Shown piece by piece: positions 1 through 8,431 of a stretch of 64,000 nt of DNA. The position numbers and the translations under genes were made by a program. The stretch comes from an uncultured bacterium (lineage in GTDB: Bacteria; Bacillota; Clostridia; Lachnospirales; Lachnospiraceae). Location of the stretch: NCBI GenBank assembly GCA_947063875.1, contig CAMSTY010000010.1:11069-75068 (forward strand). Reading direction: 5' to 3'. The first letter of the stretch is position 1. Each line of letters opens with the position of its first letter. The notes beneath the pieces were generated by a model, which was not told where the DNA came from, searched no databases, and worked only from the letters and a program-made list of their open reading frames with translations.

Positions 1-2
1 GC

Positions 3-161
3 AATATTCTGTTTGCAGCATCTGCTGTCAGTAAAGTGCCGATTGAAAAGGTCATCAAGCCTATGATGCCGTTCTTTATCGCAATTATTGGCGTACTGGT
101 TCTGGTAACATATATTCCGGCTTTGAGCCTTGCTTTGCCTAAATTGCTGGGGTTGATGTAG
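3..161 (+). CDS. TRAP transporter large permease (DctM-like), C-terminal fragment; 5' end lies outside the window
   Basis: Frame-3 translation NILFAASAVSKVPIEKVIKPMMPFFIAIIGVLVLVTYIPALSLALPKLLGLM* is hydrophobic and resembles DctM-family C-termini. Stop TAG at 159-161. Confidence 0.55.
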   Translation, partial: NILFAASAVSKVPIEKVIKPMMPFFIAIIGVLVLVTYIPALSLALPKLLGLM

Positions 162-238
162 GCCTGGGCATTCATAAAATATTGGTCGTGTATCTGCGGA
201 TGAAAATGTAAAAAAGTAGATAGGAGGATTGTGAGAAT

Positions 239-1663
239 ATGAGAGTTGCCATTGGATATTTTTATCAGGAATCAACAACATTTAATCCCTTTTTAATGGA
301 TCGCGGCGCTTTTACCCTGTTGGAAGGGGAGGCGGCGAAAGAACGTATTTCTGCCACAAAGGTTCTGGAAGATCTGGGAGCAGAAGTAGTCCCGACAATC
401 TTTGCGTCAGCCATTTCGGGCGGCTGCGTAACGGAAGAAGCATACCGCTTTTTTTCGGATAAGATTCTTGCTGTGCTGAAAAAAGAACAGGTTGACGGTG
501 TCTGGCTGCATCTGCATGGCTCTATGGAGGTAGTGAACGTAGGTTCTGCAGAGGCTGATCTTCTAAGAAGAATCCGCGAAGTGATTTCACCCGGGACACC
601 GATTTCTTTGGTGGTGGATCTTCATGCCAACCTTCATGATGATGTTCCAAAGCTGGCAAATATTATCCGTTCCTACCGGACGGCGCCGCATGTAGACCAG
701 GAAGAATGCGAGCGTGTCACGGCAGAATTGCTGGTTGACTGCATGAAAAGAAGGGCGGTTGTGACGCCTGTTTTCAAACGGGTATTAATGATTACGCCAG
801 GTGAAAAATCTACCACGGATACGGAACCGATTATGTCGATCCTTGCCAAAGCCAGGGAATATGAAAAGCTGGATGGCATTATGCAGGTCAGCTATATAAA
901 CGGGCACGCATGGACAGACCGGCCCAATACTTCGGCCGCGGTGCTGGTGGTCCCTCAAAGCAATGAGTACCGGGAACTGGCGCAAAAGGTGGCTGATAAG
1001 CTTGCAAAGTTCGCCTTTGAACGCCGTCAGGATTTCGTTTTCCACCAGCTGACGCTGGGGCCGGACGAGGCTTTGGACAGGGCGATTAGTGAAGAAGGAA
1101 AACCCATTTTTATTACCGATTCGGGTGACAATACTACCGGCGGGGCGCCAGGAATCAATACGCTGCTTCTGCAAAAGCTGGTGAAGAAAGACCTTAAGGG
1201 AAAGAAAGTGGCAGTGGCGGCAATCCTGGACAAGAATGCATACGAAAAACTCGCCTGCCATGAAGTCGGAGACCAGGTTTTGGTGGATGTCGGCATCAAT
1301 TATGACAGTGACAGTGCGCCGGTCAGGGTGGAAGGCGTACTGAAAGCAAAGGGTGATCTTATGGGGTATTATTCTTCCAAAAATGATGTTACGGGTCAGG
1401 TATGTACGGTTTCCATGGGAGATATTGATGTGGTAGTGGCCAATGGAGGGGATTCCTTTACTACCGTAAATCACTTTACAAGGGCCGGTCTGGACATCAA
1501 TGATTACGATATCGCTATTGTAAAACAGGGATATCTGTTTGCGGAATTGACGGAAATTGCCAGCCTGCATATTATGGCTTTGACACCAGGAGCATGTAAT
1601 TTGATTATAGAGGATTTGGAATTTCATAATTTGCTTAGGCCGATGTATCCGTTGGATAAGTGA
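239..1663 (+). CDS. M81-family metallopeptidase (MlrC / microcystinase C-like)
   Basis: 474-aa ORF. The N-terminus MRVAIGYFYQESTTFNPF and the overall length are typical of MlrC/DUF1485-type proteins. RBS TAGGAGGA lies ~9 nt upstream of the ATG. Confidence 0.7.
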   Translation: MRVAIGYFYQESTTFNPFLMDRGAFTLLEGEAAKERISATKVLEDLGAEVVPTIFASAISGGCVTEEAYRFFSDKILAVLKKEQVDGVWLHLHGSMEVVNVGSAEADLLRRIREVISPGTPISLVVDLHANLHDDVPKLANIIRSYRTAPHVDQEECERVTAELLVDCMKRRAVVTPVFKRVLMITPGEKSTTDTEPIMSILAKAREYEKLDGIMQVSYINGHAWTDRPNTSAAVLVVPQSNEYRELAQKVADKLAKFAFERRQDFVFHQLTLGPDEALDRAISEEGKPIFITDSGDNTTGGAPGINTLLLQKLVKKDLKGKKVAVAAILDKNAYEKLACHEVGDQVLVDVGINYDSDSAPVRVEGVLKAKGDLMGYYSSKNDVTGQVCTVSMGDIDVVVANGGDSFTTVNHFTRAGLDINDYDIAIVKQGYLFAELTEIASLHIMALTPGACNLIIEDLEFHNLLRPMYPLDK

Positions 1664-1731
1664 TCCGGAAATCAGGGGTAAGAAGGTGAAAAATTAGTAG
1701 ATAATAATTGGACAGGAAGGTAATACATATT

Positions 1732-3126
1732 ATGATTACAGCGAAAGATATACGATATACCAAGGTGGAAGAACCTTTTTGGGGACTTCCGAAGGAAATG
1801 CCTTACATTCCTGATCAGGTTTATCAGTGTAGACTGCAGAAGATGTTGGACAGAATGGTATCCGGCAATCTGGACTTTATGGTGATCTATGCGGATCGGG
1901 AGCATTATGGGAATTTTGATTATCTGACAGGGTATGGCCCTCGTTTTGAGGAGGCGTTGCTTGTGATAGATCAATCCGGAAAGGCGTATACCTTACTGGG
2001 GAACGAGTGCTTAGGGTTGTGCAGATACAGCCGCATTCCTAGCCAAGCCGTTCTCTGCCAGTCATTTTCTCTTCCCAATCAGCCGATTGAACGGCATCGG
2101 GATCTGGAACAGGTGCTGCGGGAGATTGGCATTCAGGAGTCCCATCGGGTAGGGGTCGTCGGCTGGAAGCTGATCTATCCGGTATACGGTTCGGTTTTCG
2201 ACCTGGATGTGCCGTCTTTTATTGCGGAAAGCGTGCGGGCTATTGTTGGAAAAGAACAGGCGGTGAATGCAACGGATTCTTTTATTCATCCGGAATATGG
2301 TATTCGGGTGCTCAATGATGCACATGAGATTGCCTATTTTGAGTATGGCGCAGCCTATGCTTCTGACAGTGTACAGCAGGCGTTATTAAATGCCAGAACC
2401 GGCCTTAATGAGGTGGAGATTTCCCAGTTTGGAACCTGTGGTTTTCTTCCGACGTCTACCTTTCCCAAAGTTCTGGCTGGCGACAGGATCGATATAGGGA
2501 TGGCTAGTCCCGCTACAAACAAACTGAAGCTTGGCGATAGGTTTCAGGTCAGTGTTGGACTGATCGGCGGCCTGACTAACCGCAGGGGGTTTGCCGCATA
2601 TTCCGAGCAGGATCTGCCGGAGGAGTCGAGAGATTTTCTTGATGAGGTCGTAAAACCTTATTTTGCGGTGGCAGCTAACTGGTATGAAATGATAGGAATC
2701 GGCGTATCCTGCGGCGATTTGTATGATATGGTTGAAAGCAGCTTTCCCAAGGAAAAATATGGCTGGTTTTTGAATCCGGGCCATTTGATTGCGATTGAGG
2801 AATGGCTGTCATCGCCGATCAGCAAGGGGTCGGAGATTACGCTGAAAAGTGGAATGTGTCTGCAAATGGATATTATCCCTTCGACGCCGACCCGTTACGC
2901 GGCGCCTAATTGTGAAGACGGGTTGGCGATTGCGGATGAGACGCTTCGTGCGGAATTGAAAGAAAAATATCCGGATGCGTATCGGCGCATGGAAAACAGA
3001 CGTAATTTTATGATTGATGTGCTGAATATTAAACTGAAGCCAGAGATTTTGCCTTTGTCTAATCTGGCAGGACTGTATCGCCCGTTTATGTTGAACAAAG
3101 ATATGGCGCTTGTTGTAGGCGTATAA
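1732..3126 (+). CDS. M24-family (creatinase/Xaa-Pro aminopeptidase-like) metallopeptidase
   Basis: Creatinase/prolidase-type N-domain signature (DFMVIYADREHYGNFDYLTGY). The C-terminal pita-bread-like region (PGHLIAIEEW, GMCLQMDIIP, EDGLAIAD) appears to have degenerate metal ligands. I prefer the ATG at 1732 (GGAAGG RBS) over the TTG at 1708 in the ORF track. Confidence 0.55.
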   Translation: MITAKDIRYTKVEEPFWGLPKEMPYIPDQVYQCRLQKMLDRMVSGNLDFMVIYADREHYGNFDYLTGYGPRFEEALLVIDQSGKAYTLLGNECLGLCRYSRIPSQAVLCQSFSLPNQPIERHRDLEQVLREIGIQESHRVGVVGWKLIYPVYGSVFDLDVPSFIAESVRAIVGKEQAVNATDSFIHPEYGIRVLNDAHEIAYFEYGAAYASDSVQQALLNARTGLNEVEISQFGTCGFLPTSTFPKVLAGDRIDIGMASPATNKLKLGDRFQVSVGLIGGLTNRRGFAAYSEQDLPEESRDFLDEVVKPYFAVAANWYEMIGIGVSCGDLYDMVESSFPKEKYGWFLNPGHLIAIEEWLSSPISKGSEITLKSGMCLQMDIIPSTPTRYAAPNCEDGLAIADETLRAELKEKYPDAYRRMENRRNFMIDVLNIKLKPEILPLSNLAGLYRPFMLNKDMALVVGV

Positions 3127-3132
3127 CCTGAA

Positions 3133-3170
3133 AGGTCCGAAAATTCCTTATTACAGGAATTTCCGGACCT
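3133..3170. terminator. Hairpin between the convergent M24 peptidase and DUF3842-like genes (possible bidirectional terminator)
   Basis: AGGTCCGAAAATTCCT-tattac-AGGAATTTCCGGACCT, 15/16 bp stem. The right arm overlaps the 3' end of the minus-strand CDS. Flanking U-tracts are weak. Confidence 0.4.
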
Positions 3171-3558
3171 CTTCGATTACCAGGGAAATGATCTCGTTTA
3201 AGGATATATTGCCGCAACCTACCACCTGATGGTTGCAACGATTGACAGGCATGAGCAATTGCCTGGCCCGGCTTTGTCCTACGGCTACCGCCATAGCCGG
3301 CGTCACTTCTCCGTAGAGGGAATCGGCGATGACAATGCCGATGGGGCCGATGATCAGGTCGGAATCTCTGGCAGCCACGATCACAGGATTTTCTCCGGTA
3401 GCGCCGAAATCAGCCCCGGCCTTCAGCATGGCAGCGGTGGCGGTATTGTTGGTGCCGATGGCCAGGATCTCCTGCTGGGGGAATTGTTTTTTCAGCTGTT
3501 CGATGATGCTTTTTCCCATCTTGCCGCCCTGGCCGTCGATTACCGTAATTTTTTTCAT
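3151..3558 (-). CDS. DUF3842-like small protein
   Basis: 135-aa ORF MKKITVIDGQGGKMGKSIIEQLKK...AIGTN..., a Gly-rich Rossmann-like N-terminus as I recall for DUF3842. RBS GGAGAAG. Its start overlaps the AraC gene stop by 4 nt. Confidence 0.65.
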   Translation of the reverse strand: MKKITVIDGQGGKMGKSIIEQLKKQFPQQEILAIGTNNTATAAMLKAGADFGATGENPVIVAARDSDLIIGPIGIVIADSLYGEVTPAMAVAVGQSRARQLLMPVNRCNHQVVGCGNISLNEIISLVIEEVRKFL

Positions 3559-4427
3559 AGAGGTTCTTCTCCTTTTCCTTTTTGATGAATTTCATAAGAA
3601 TCGCTGTTGCGTTTGCGCCACTCGTTGGGCGGCAGATTCATAATGGCCTTAAAGGCCCGTGTGAAATGGAACTGGTTAGGGTAGCCTACCTGGTTTGCGA
3701 TGTCTGCAATCGTCAGGTTGGTGGAACGCAGATACTCGCAGGATTTGTGAATGCGGTAGGTGATCAGGAATTCCTGAGGGCTTTTGCCGGTCATTTTCTT
3801 GAAAAGCTTGCTGAAATAGCTGCGGTTGAGTCCTAAATGTTCCGCAATATTCTCAATGGTGATATCTTCCATATAGTGTGTTTCTATGTAATCGGCAGTG
3901 GACTGGACATAGAACTTTTTGATGTCATTGGCAGGCATGGGCCTGGCAGTGGCGGAATGCTGCATAAGGGCCCCAAAAAACAGATAGGCATAACCCATGG
4001 TCTGGGCGGGAAGCAGATCCGGGCGTTCCAACATGTAAAGCAGAGGGGCGAAGATATCTTCGTCTGCCGGACTGGCGGCATGGAAGATGGGGCATTCCTG
4101 GGAAAGGCCTGCCTGGTGGATGAATTCTCTGGCTTTCAGGCCGTCGAACTCAATCCAGATGTACTCCCAGGGATCATCGCCGTCAGCGCTGTAGTGGACG
4201 ATGCAGTTGGGTTCAATGAGGAATGCCTGGCCCTGGTGCAGCTGATAGCTGGCGGAACGGTCTCTGGCGCTGGTCCGGTAAACGCCTTTGCCGGAAAGGA
4301 TGCAGTGGATCAGATAATGGCTGCGCATGGCCGGGCCGAAGGTGTGATGGGGACTGCATTGCTCCCGGCCGTACTGGTAGATGGTGATGTCGAAATAGTC
4401 ATTGTTGAGAAAAAGGTGATTCTGCAT
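3555..4427 (-). CDS. AraC-family transcriptional regulator (MsmR-like; cupin N-domain plus double HTH)
   Basis: The C-terminal region IENIAEHLGLNRSYFSKLFKKMTGKSPQEFLITYRIHKSCEYL...IADIANQVGYPNQFHFTRAFK is a classic AraC HTH pair. RBS AAGGAGGA. Divergent from the sugar-utilisation genes. Confidence 0.85.
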   Translation of the reverse strand: MQNHLFLNNDYFDITIYQYGREQCSPHHTFGPAMRSHYLIHCILSGKGVYRTSARDRSASYQLHQGQAFLIEPNCIVHYSADGDDPWEYIWIEFDGLKAREFIHQAGLSQECPIFHAASPADEDIFAPLLYMLERPDLLPAQTMGYAYLFFGALMQHSATARPMPANDIKKFYVQSTADYIETHYMEDITIENIAEHLGLNRSYFSKLFKKMTGKSPQEFLITYRIHKSCEYLRSTNLTIADIANQVGYPNQFHFTRAFKAIMNLPPNEWRKRNSDSYEIHQKGKGEEPL

Positions 4428-4775
4428 AGAGTCCTCCTTGCCGGGGATTTATACCATTATGTGTGCAGATTTGGGAAGGGAGCAGGAAAAAGGCACATTT
4501 TGGTATAGAAGAAATCATACCACTGTATGTACGGGGATGTCAAGGGGTGCTATGATTTAAAGCGTATTTGAAAGCTGCTTTCCGTCGGCTGCTTTTCCGG
4601 CGTGGGCAGAAAAAAGAAAAAGAAACTGACAAAATGGTATATTTTTGGTGAAGAGAATGGAAAAGGAGGAGTGGAAATTTTGCCGGATGTGTTGTCCGGC
4701 AGAGGGAGGGATGCAGGTGGAAAAAGGATGTTTTCAGGAGGTTGCAGGCCAACATATATAAAAGGAGGAAGGAAA

Positions 4776-5924
4776 ATGAAGAATTGGAAACGGTATTTGG
4801 CAGTTTTGACGGCGGGTGCAATGGGCGCTTCGCTTACGGCGTGCGGAGGAAGCGCGGGAGGAAAGGATGTCAAAAGCGGCGACAGTAATGTTTTGACAGT
4901 TTCTATCTGGGATAATAACCAGCTGCCGGGACTGACAGAGATTATGGCGGGCTTTACGGAAGAGACAGGGATTGCTGTGGAGATGCAGGTGGTCCCTTGG
5001 GATCAGTACTGGACGCTTCTGGAGGCAGGGGCCCAGGGGGGGACCTTGCCGGATGTGTTCTGGATGCATTCTAATTATAGCCAGAAATTCATGAGTAACG
5101 ATATGCTGCTGGATTTAACAGACAGGGTGGCGGATAGCGAGACCATTGATATGGCGAATTATTATGAAGATATTGCAGGGCTGTATCAGCTGGACGGGAA
5201 GCTTTATGCCATTCCCAAGGATTATGACACCATCGGCCTTTGGTATAATAAGACCATGTTTGACGAGGCCGGGCTGGACTATCCGGATGAGAGCTGGACC
5301 TGGGACACTCTTGCCGAAGCGGCGAAGAAGCTGACGAAGGAGGCGATGAACTGGTGGTATGACAATCTGGTGACGGTTTCCATGCCTGCCCAGCAGGTTA
5401 TGGGGGAAAATACGTCAGACGTGCTATTAGGTTCCGGCAAGGCGGCGATGGTAATGCAGGGTTCCTGGATGGTAGCGGCATTCCGGGACAATGAATATAC
5501 GGCGGCTAACTGCGATGTGGCGGTATTGCCCAAATCAGCGGATGGAAATCGTGTTTCTATCTATAATGGACTTGGCTGGGCGGCGGACGCCAATGGCGCG
5601 CATACGGAGGAGGCCTGGAAGCTTCTGGAGTACCTGGGCAGCGAGGAGGCGCAGAAAAAGCAGGCGGAGCTGGGCGTGACCATGTCGGCATATAAGGGGA
5701 CTTCCGATACCTGGGTGTCATGTGCGCCGGAATTTCATCTGCAGGCTTTTTTGGATATGTCGGAGAATATGGTGATTCGTCCATACAGCAGAAACACGAA
5801 GGTATGGGAGGATTATTCCCAGGAAACCATGGTGAAGGCGTATACCGGGGATATGGCCATGGATGAGGTTTGTGAGGATATTGCAGCATATATGAATAAA
5901 CAGCTTGCGGAAGAGAGCCGGTGA
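4776..5924 (+). CDS. Extracellular solute-binding lipoprotein of a carbohydrate ABC transporter (family 1)
   Basis: Start MKNWKRYLAVLTAGAMGASLTACGG (lipobox LTAC) is preceded by AAAGGAGGAAGG. Family-1 SBP-like motifs are present (WDQYWTLLEAGAQGGTLPDVFWM, YAIPKDYDTIGLWYNK). The N-terminal extension in the ORF track (4602) has no RBS and is rejected. Confidence 0.8.
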   Translation: MKNWKRYLAVLTAGAMGASLTACGGSAGGKDVKSGDSNVLTVSIWDNNQLPGLTEIMAGFTEETGIAVEMQVVPWDQYWTLLEAGAQGGTLPDVFWMHSNYSQKFMSNDMLLDLTDRVADSETIDMANYYEDIAGLYQLDGKLYAIPKDYDTIGLWYNKTMFDEAGLDYPDESWTWDTLAEAAKKLTKEAMNWWYDNLVTVSMPAQQVMGENTSDVLLGSGKAAMVMQGSWMVAAFRDNEYTAANCDVAVLPKSADGNRVSIYNGLGWAADANGAHTEEAWKLLEYLGSEEAQKKQAELGVTMSAYKGTSDTWVSCAPEFHLQAFLDMSENMVIRPYSRNTKVWEDYSQETMVKAYTGDMAMDEVCEDIAAYMNKQLAEESR

Positions 5925-6053
5925 TGGTAGGATTCTACTGATACTGAGAAAAACAGCGCTGTTAAAGAGGCAGAGAGCCATGCGGATGAATGGGGATTCA
6001 TCTGCATGGCTTTTGGAGCGGTTCACCAAAAATATTTTCCAGGGGGAAAGCAT

Positions 6054-8315
6054 ATGTCGATTACATTTTATGAAAAAACAAAGGTATTTTCTCTTCAGAC
6101 GAAGAACAGTGTCTGGCAGATGATGGTCAGCAAATATGGGCATCTTTTGCATTTGTATTATGGGAATAAGATTCCGGAGGGGGAATTGTCCTATCTGGTA
6201 AGAGGGATTAACCGGGGGTTTTCCGGGGCGCCCTATGAGGCGGGGGAGGACCGGGGATATTCCTTGGATACCTATCCCCAGGAAATTTCCACTTTCGGCG
6301 TGGGGGATTATCGGGAAAGCTGTCTCCATGTGGTTCATGAGGACGGCAGCCAGATGCTGGAACTGCTCTATGATTCCTGCCGGATTTGGCAGGGGAAATA
6401 TGACCTCCCCGGACTGCCTGCCGTGTGGGCCGGGCAGGAGGAGGCCCAGACCCTAGAAATTGTATTGAAGGATAAGGCTTCTCCGGTGGAAGTTGTTTTG
6501 TATTACGGAGTGCTGGAAAAGCAGGATGTGATTACCAGGGCCTGCCAGATTCGGAACCGGGGCGCGGGGATCTGGCTGGAACGGGCGCTTTCCGCCTGTC
6601 TGGATATCCAGAGAAACGATCTGGAAATGATTACTTTTTATGGCCGTCACACTATGGAACGGTCTTTGGAACGGGGGATGTGCCGTCATGGAAAGATACA
6701 GGCGGACAGTATGCGGGGAGTTTCCAGCCACCAGCAGAATCCTTTTGTCATTCTCTGCGAGGAGGGGGCAAAGGAAGAGTGGGGGGAATGCTATGGCATG
6801 TCTCTGATTTACAGCGGAAGCTTTTTGGCCCAGGCGGAGGTGGACCAGTTAGACCAGACCCGGTTTGTGATGGGGATTCATCCTCAGGGTTTTCGCTGGA
6901 GGCTGGAGAAGGGGGAAACGTTTACGGCGCCTGAGGTGATTTTTTCCTATAGTGAGAGGGGGTATGGGAAGCTGTCGGGAAATTTTCACCGGTTGTACCG
7001 GGAGAACCTGATGAGAAGCAAGTACCGGGATCAGCGGCGGCCGGTGCTGATCAATAACTGGGAGGCCACGGAATTCCATTTTACGGAGGAAGGACTGGTG
7101 TCCTTGGCACAGGATGCGAAAGAACTGGGAGTGGAATTGTTTGTCATGGATGACGGCTGGTTCGGGGGACGGGACCATGACCTGTGCGGGCTGGGAGACT
7201 GGAAGGCCAATCCCGCAAAGCTGCCCAATGGAGTGGAAGGCCTGGCAAGAAAGATTCATGGCCTGGGGATGCAGTTTGGAATCTGGATTGAACCAGAGAT
7301 GGTCAATGAGGACAGTGACTTGTTCCGGGCGCATCCGGAATGGTGCCTGCGGGCGCCGGGGAGAACGCCGAACCGGGAACGGGGACAGCTGGTGCTGGAT
7401 ATGAGCAATTCCCAGGTGAGGGATTATCTGTATGAGAGCATCGGAGGGATTCTAAAGCAGGCTCAGGCAGACTATGTTAAATGGGACATGAACCGCAATC
7501 TTTCCGATGTGTGGTCGTCCGCGTGTCCGGCTGACCGGCAGGGGGAGATCGGCCACAGGTATGTTTTGGGAGTGTACGAATTGATGGAACGGTTTGTCAG
7601 TCATTTTCCCGATATTTTGTGGGAGGGCTGTTCCGGAGGAGGCGGACGTTTTGACGCGGGAATTCTTTACTATATGCCTCAGATCTGGTGCAGCGACAAT
7701 ACCGATGCCATAGAGAGGATTTTCATTCAGTACGGCACCTCCTTCGGCTATCCGGTAAGCAGTATGGGAGCCCATGTATCGGTCAGTCCCAATCTGCAGA
7801 CCGGGCGCCGGACGTCTCTTGGCACCCGGGCAACCGTGGCCATGGCAGGAGCTTTTGGATATGAATTGGACACGAGAAAACTGAGCAGGGAAGAGCGGCA
7901 GCTGGTGAAGGGGCAGATCCGGTGGTATAAGCAGTATCAGGAATTGATCTTTGGCGGTGATTATTACCGGCTGACGGATGCAGAAGAGAACCGGGAATTT
8001 GCGGCGTGGCAGTTTGTCAGCAGGGACCAGAAGGCTTCCGTGGTCAGTGCGGTTTGCCTGCATGCCAGGTCCAATCCGTTGTTCTGGCGGGTGAGACTAA
8101 AAGGGCTGAAGGAAGAAGGGTGGTATCAAGTCCGGGAAGAAAGGATGACGGATGAGGGCCCACTGGAGGGAAAAGATAACGAAACTTCTAAACGGGAGTG
8201 CCTGATCTGCCCGGGAAGCGCATTGATGTATGCGGGAGTGAATCTGCCAGTATTTTGGGGGGATTATGAGAGCGTCAGGTATCTAGTGGAAGAAGTGAGG
8301 CATCAGGCAGAATGA
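6054..8315 (+). CDS. Alpha-galactosidase, glycoside hydrolase family 36
   Basis: Motifs NNWEATEFHF, FVMDDGWFG, GIWIEPEMV, YVKWDMNR and CSGGGGRFD are typical of GH36 AgaA/RafA-type enzymes. Start at MSITFYEK with RBS GGGGGA. Confidence 0.9.
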   Translation: MSITFYEKTKVFSLQTKNSVWQMMVSKYGHLLHLYYGNKIPEGELSYLVRGINRGFSGAPYEAGEDRGYSLDTYPQEISTFGVGDYRESCLHVVHEDGSQMLELLYDSCRIWQGKYDLPGLPAVWAGQEEAQTLEIVLKDKASPVEVVLYYGVLEKQDVITRACQIRNRGAGIWLERALSACLDIQRNDLEMITFYGRHTMERSLERGMCRHGKIQADSMRGVSSHQQNPFVILCEEGAKEEWGECYGMSLIYSGSFLAQAEVDQLDQTRFVMGIHPQGFRWRLEKGETFTAPEVIFSYSERGYGKLSGNFHRLYRENLMRSKYRDQRRPVLINNWEATEFHFTEEGLVSLAQDAKELGVELFVMDDGWFGGRDHDLCGLGDWKANPAKLPNGVEGLARKIHGLGMQFGIWIEPEMVNEDSDLFRAHPEWCLRAPGRTPNRERGQLVLDMSNSQVRDYLYESIGGILKQAQADYVKWDMNRNLSDVWSSACPADRQGEIGHRYVLGVYELMERFVSHFPDILWEGCSGGGGRFDAGILYYMPQIWCSDNTDAIERIFIQYGTSFGYPVSSMGAHVSVSPNLQTGRRTSLGTRATVAMAGAFGYELDTRKLSREERQLVKGQIRWYKQYQELIFGGDYYRLTDAEENREFAAWQFVSRDQKASVVSAVCLHARSNPLFWRVRLKGLKEEGWYQVREERMTDEGPLEGKDNETSKRECLICPGSALMYAGVNLPVFWGDYESVRYLVEEVRHQAE

Positions 8316-8431
8316 GGGTCAGGGTCCGTGATCTGGCGAAGTATCTGATTTCATTTTTGGAAAAAATGTGATACTATAAAAGTGATACAAAAGTAGCAGT
8401 GGAAAAACGCAGGATAACGGAGGGGATCAGG

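Noticed and set aside
4602-4775. Upstream extensions in the ORF track for the SBP (4602). The same applies to the alpha-galactosidase (6006), rpoN (8399), dapA (43239), purC (46034), purA (48259), flgE (59607) and yaaA (31194).
   Set aside because: The extensions lack an RBS and have junk-like composition. Internal starts have strong SD sequences and give canonical N-termini (lipoprotein signal, MSIRLEQ, MAIFEG, and so on).
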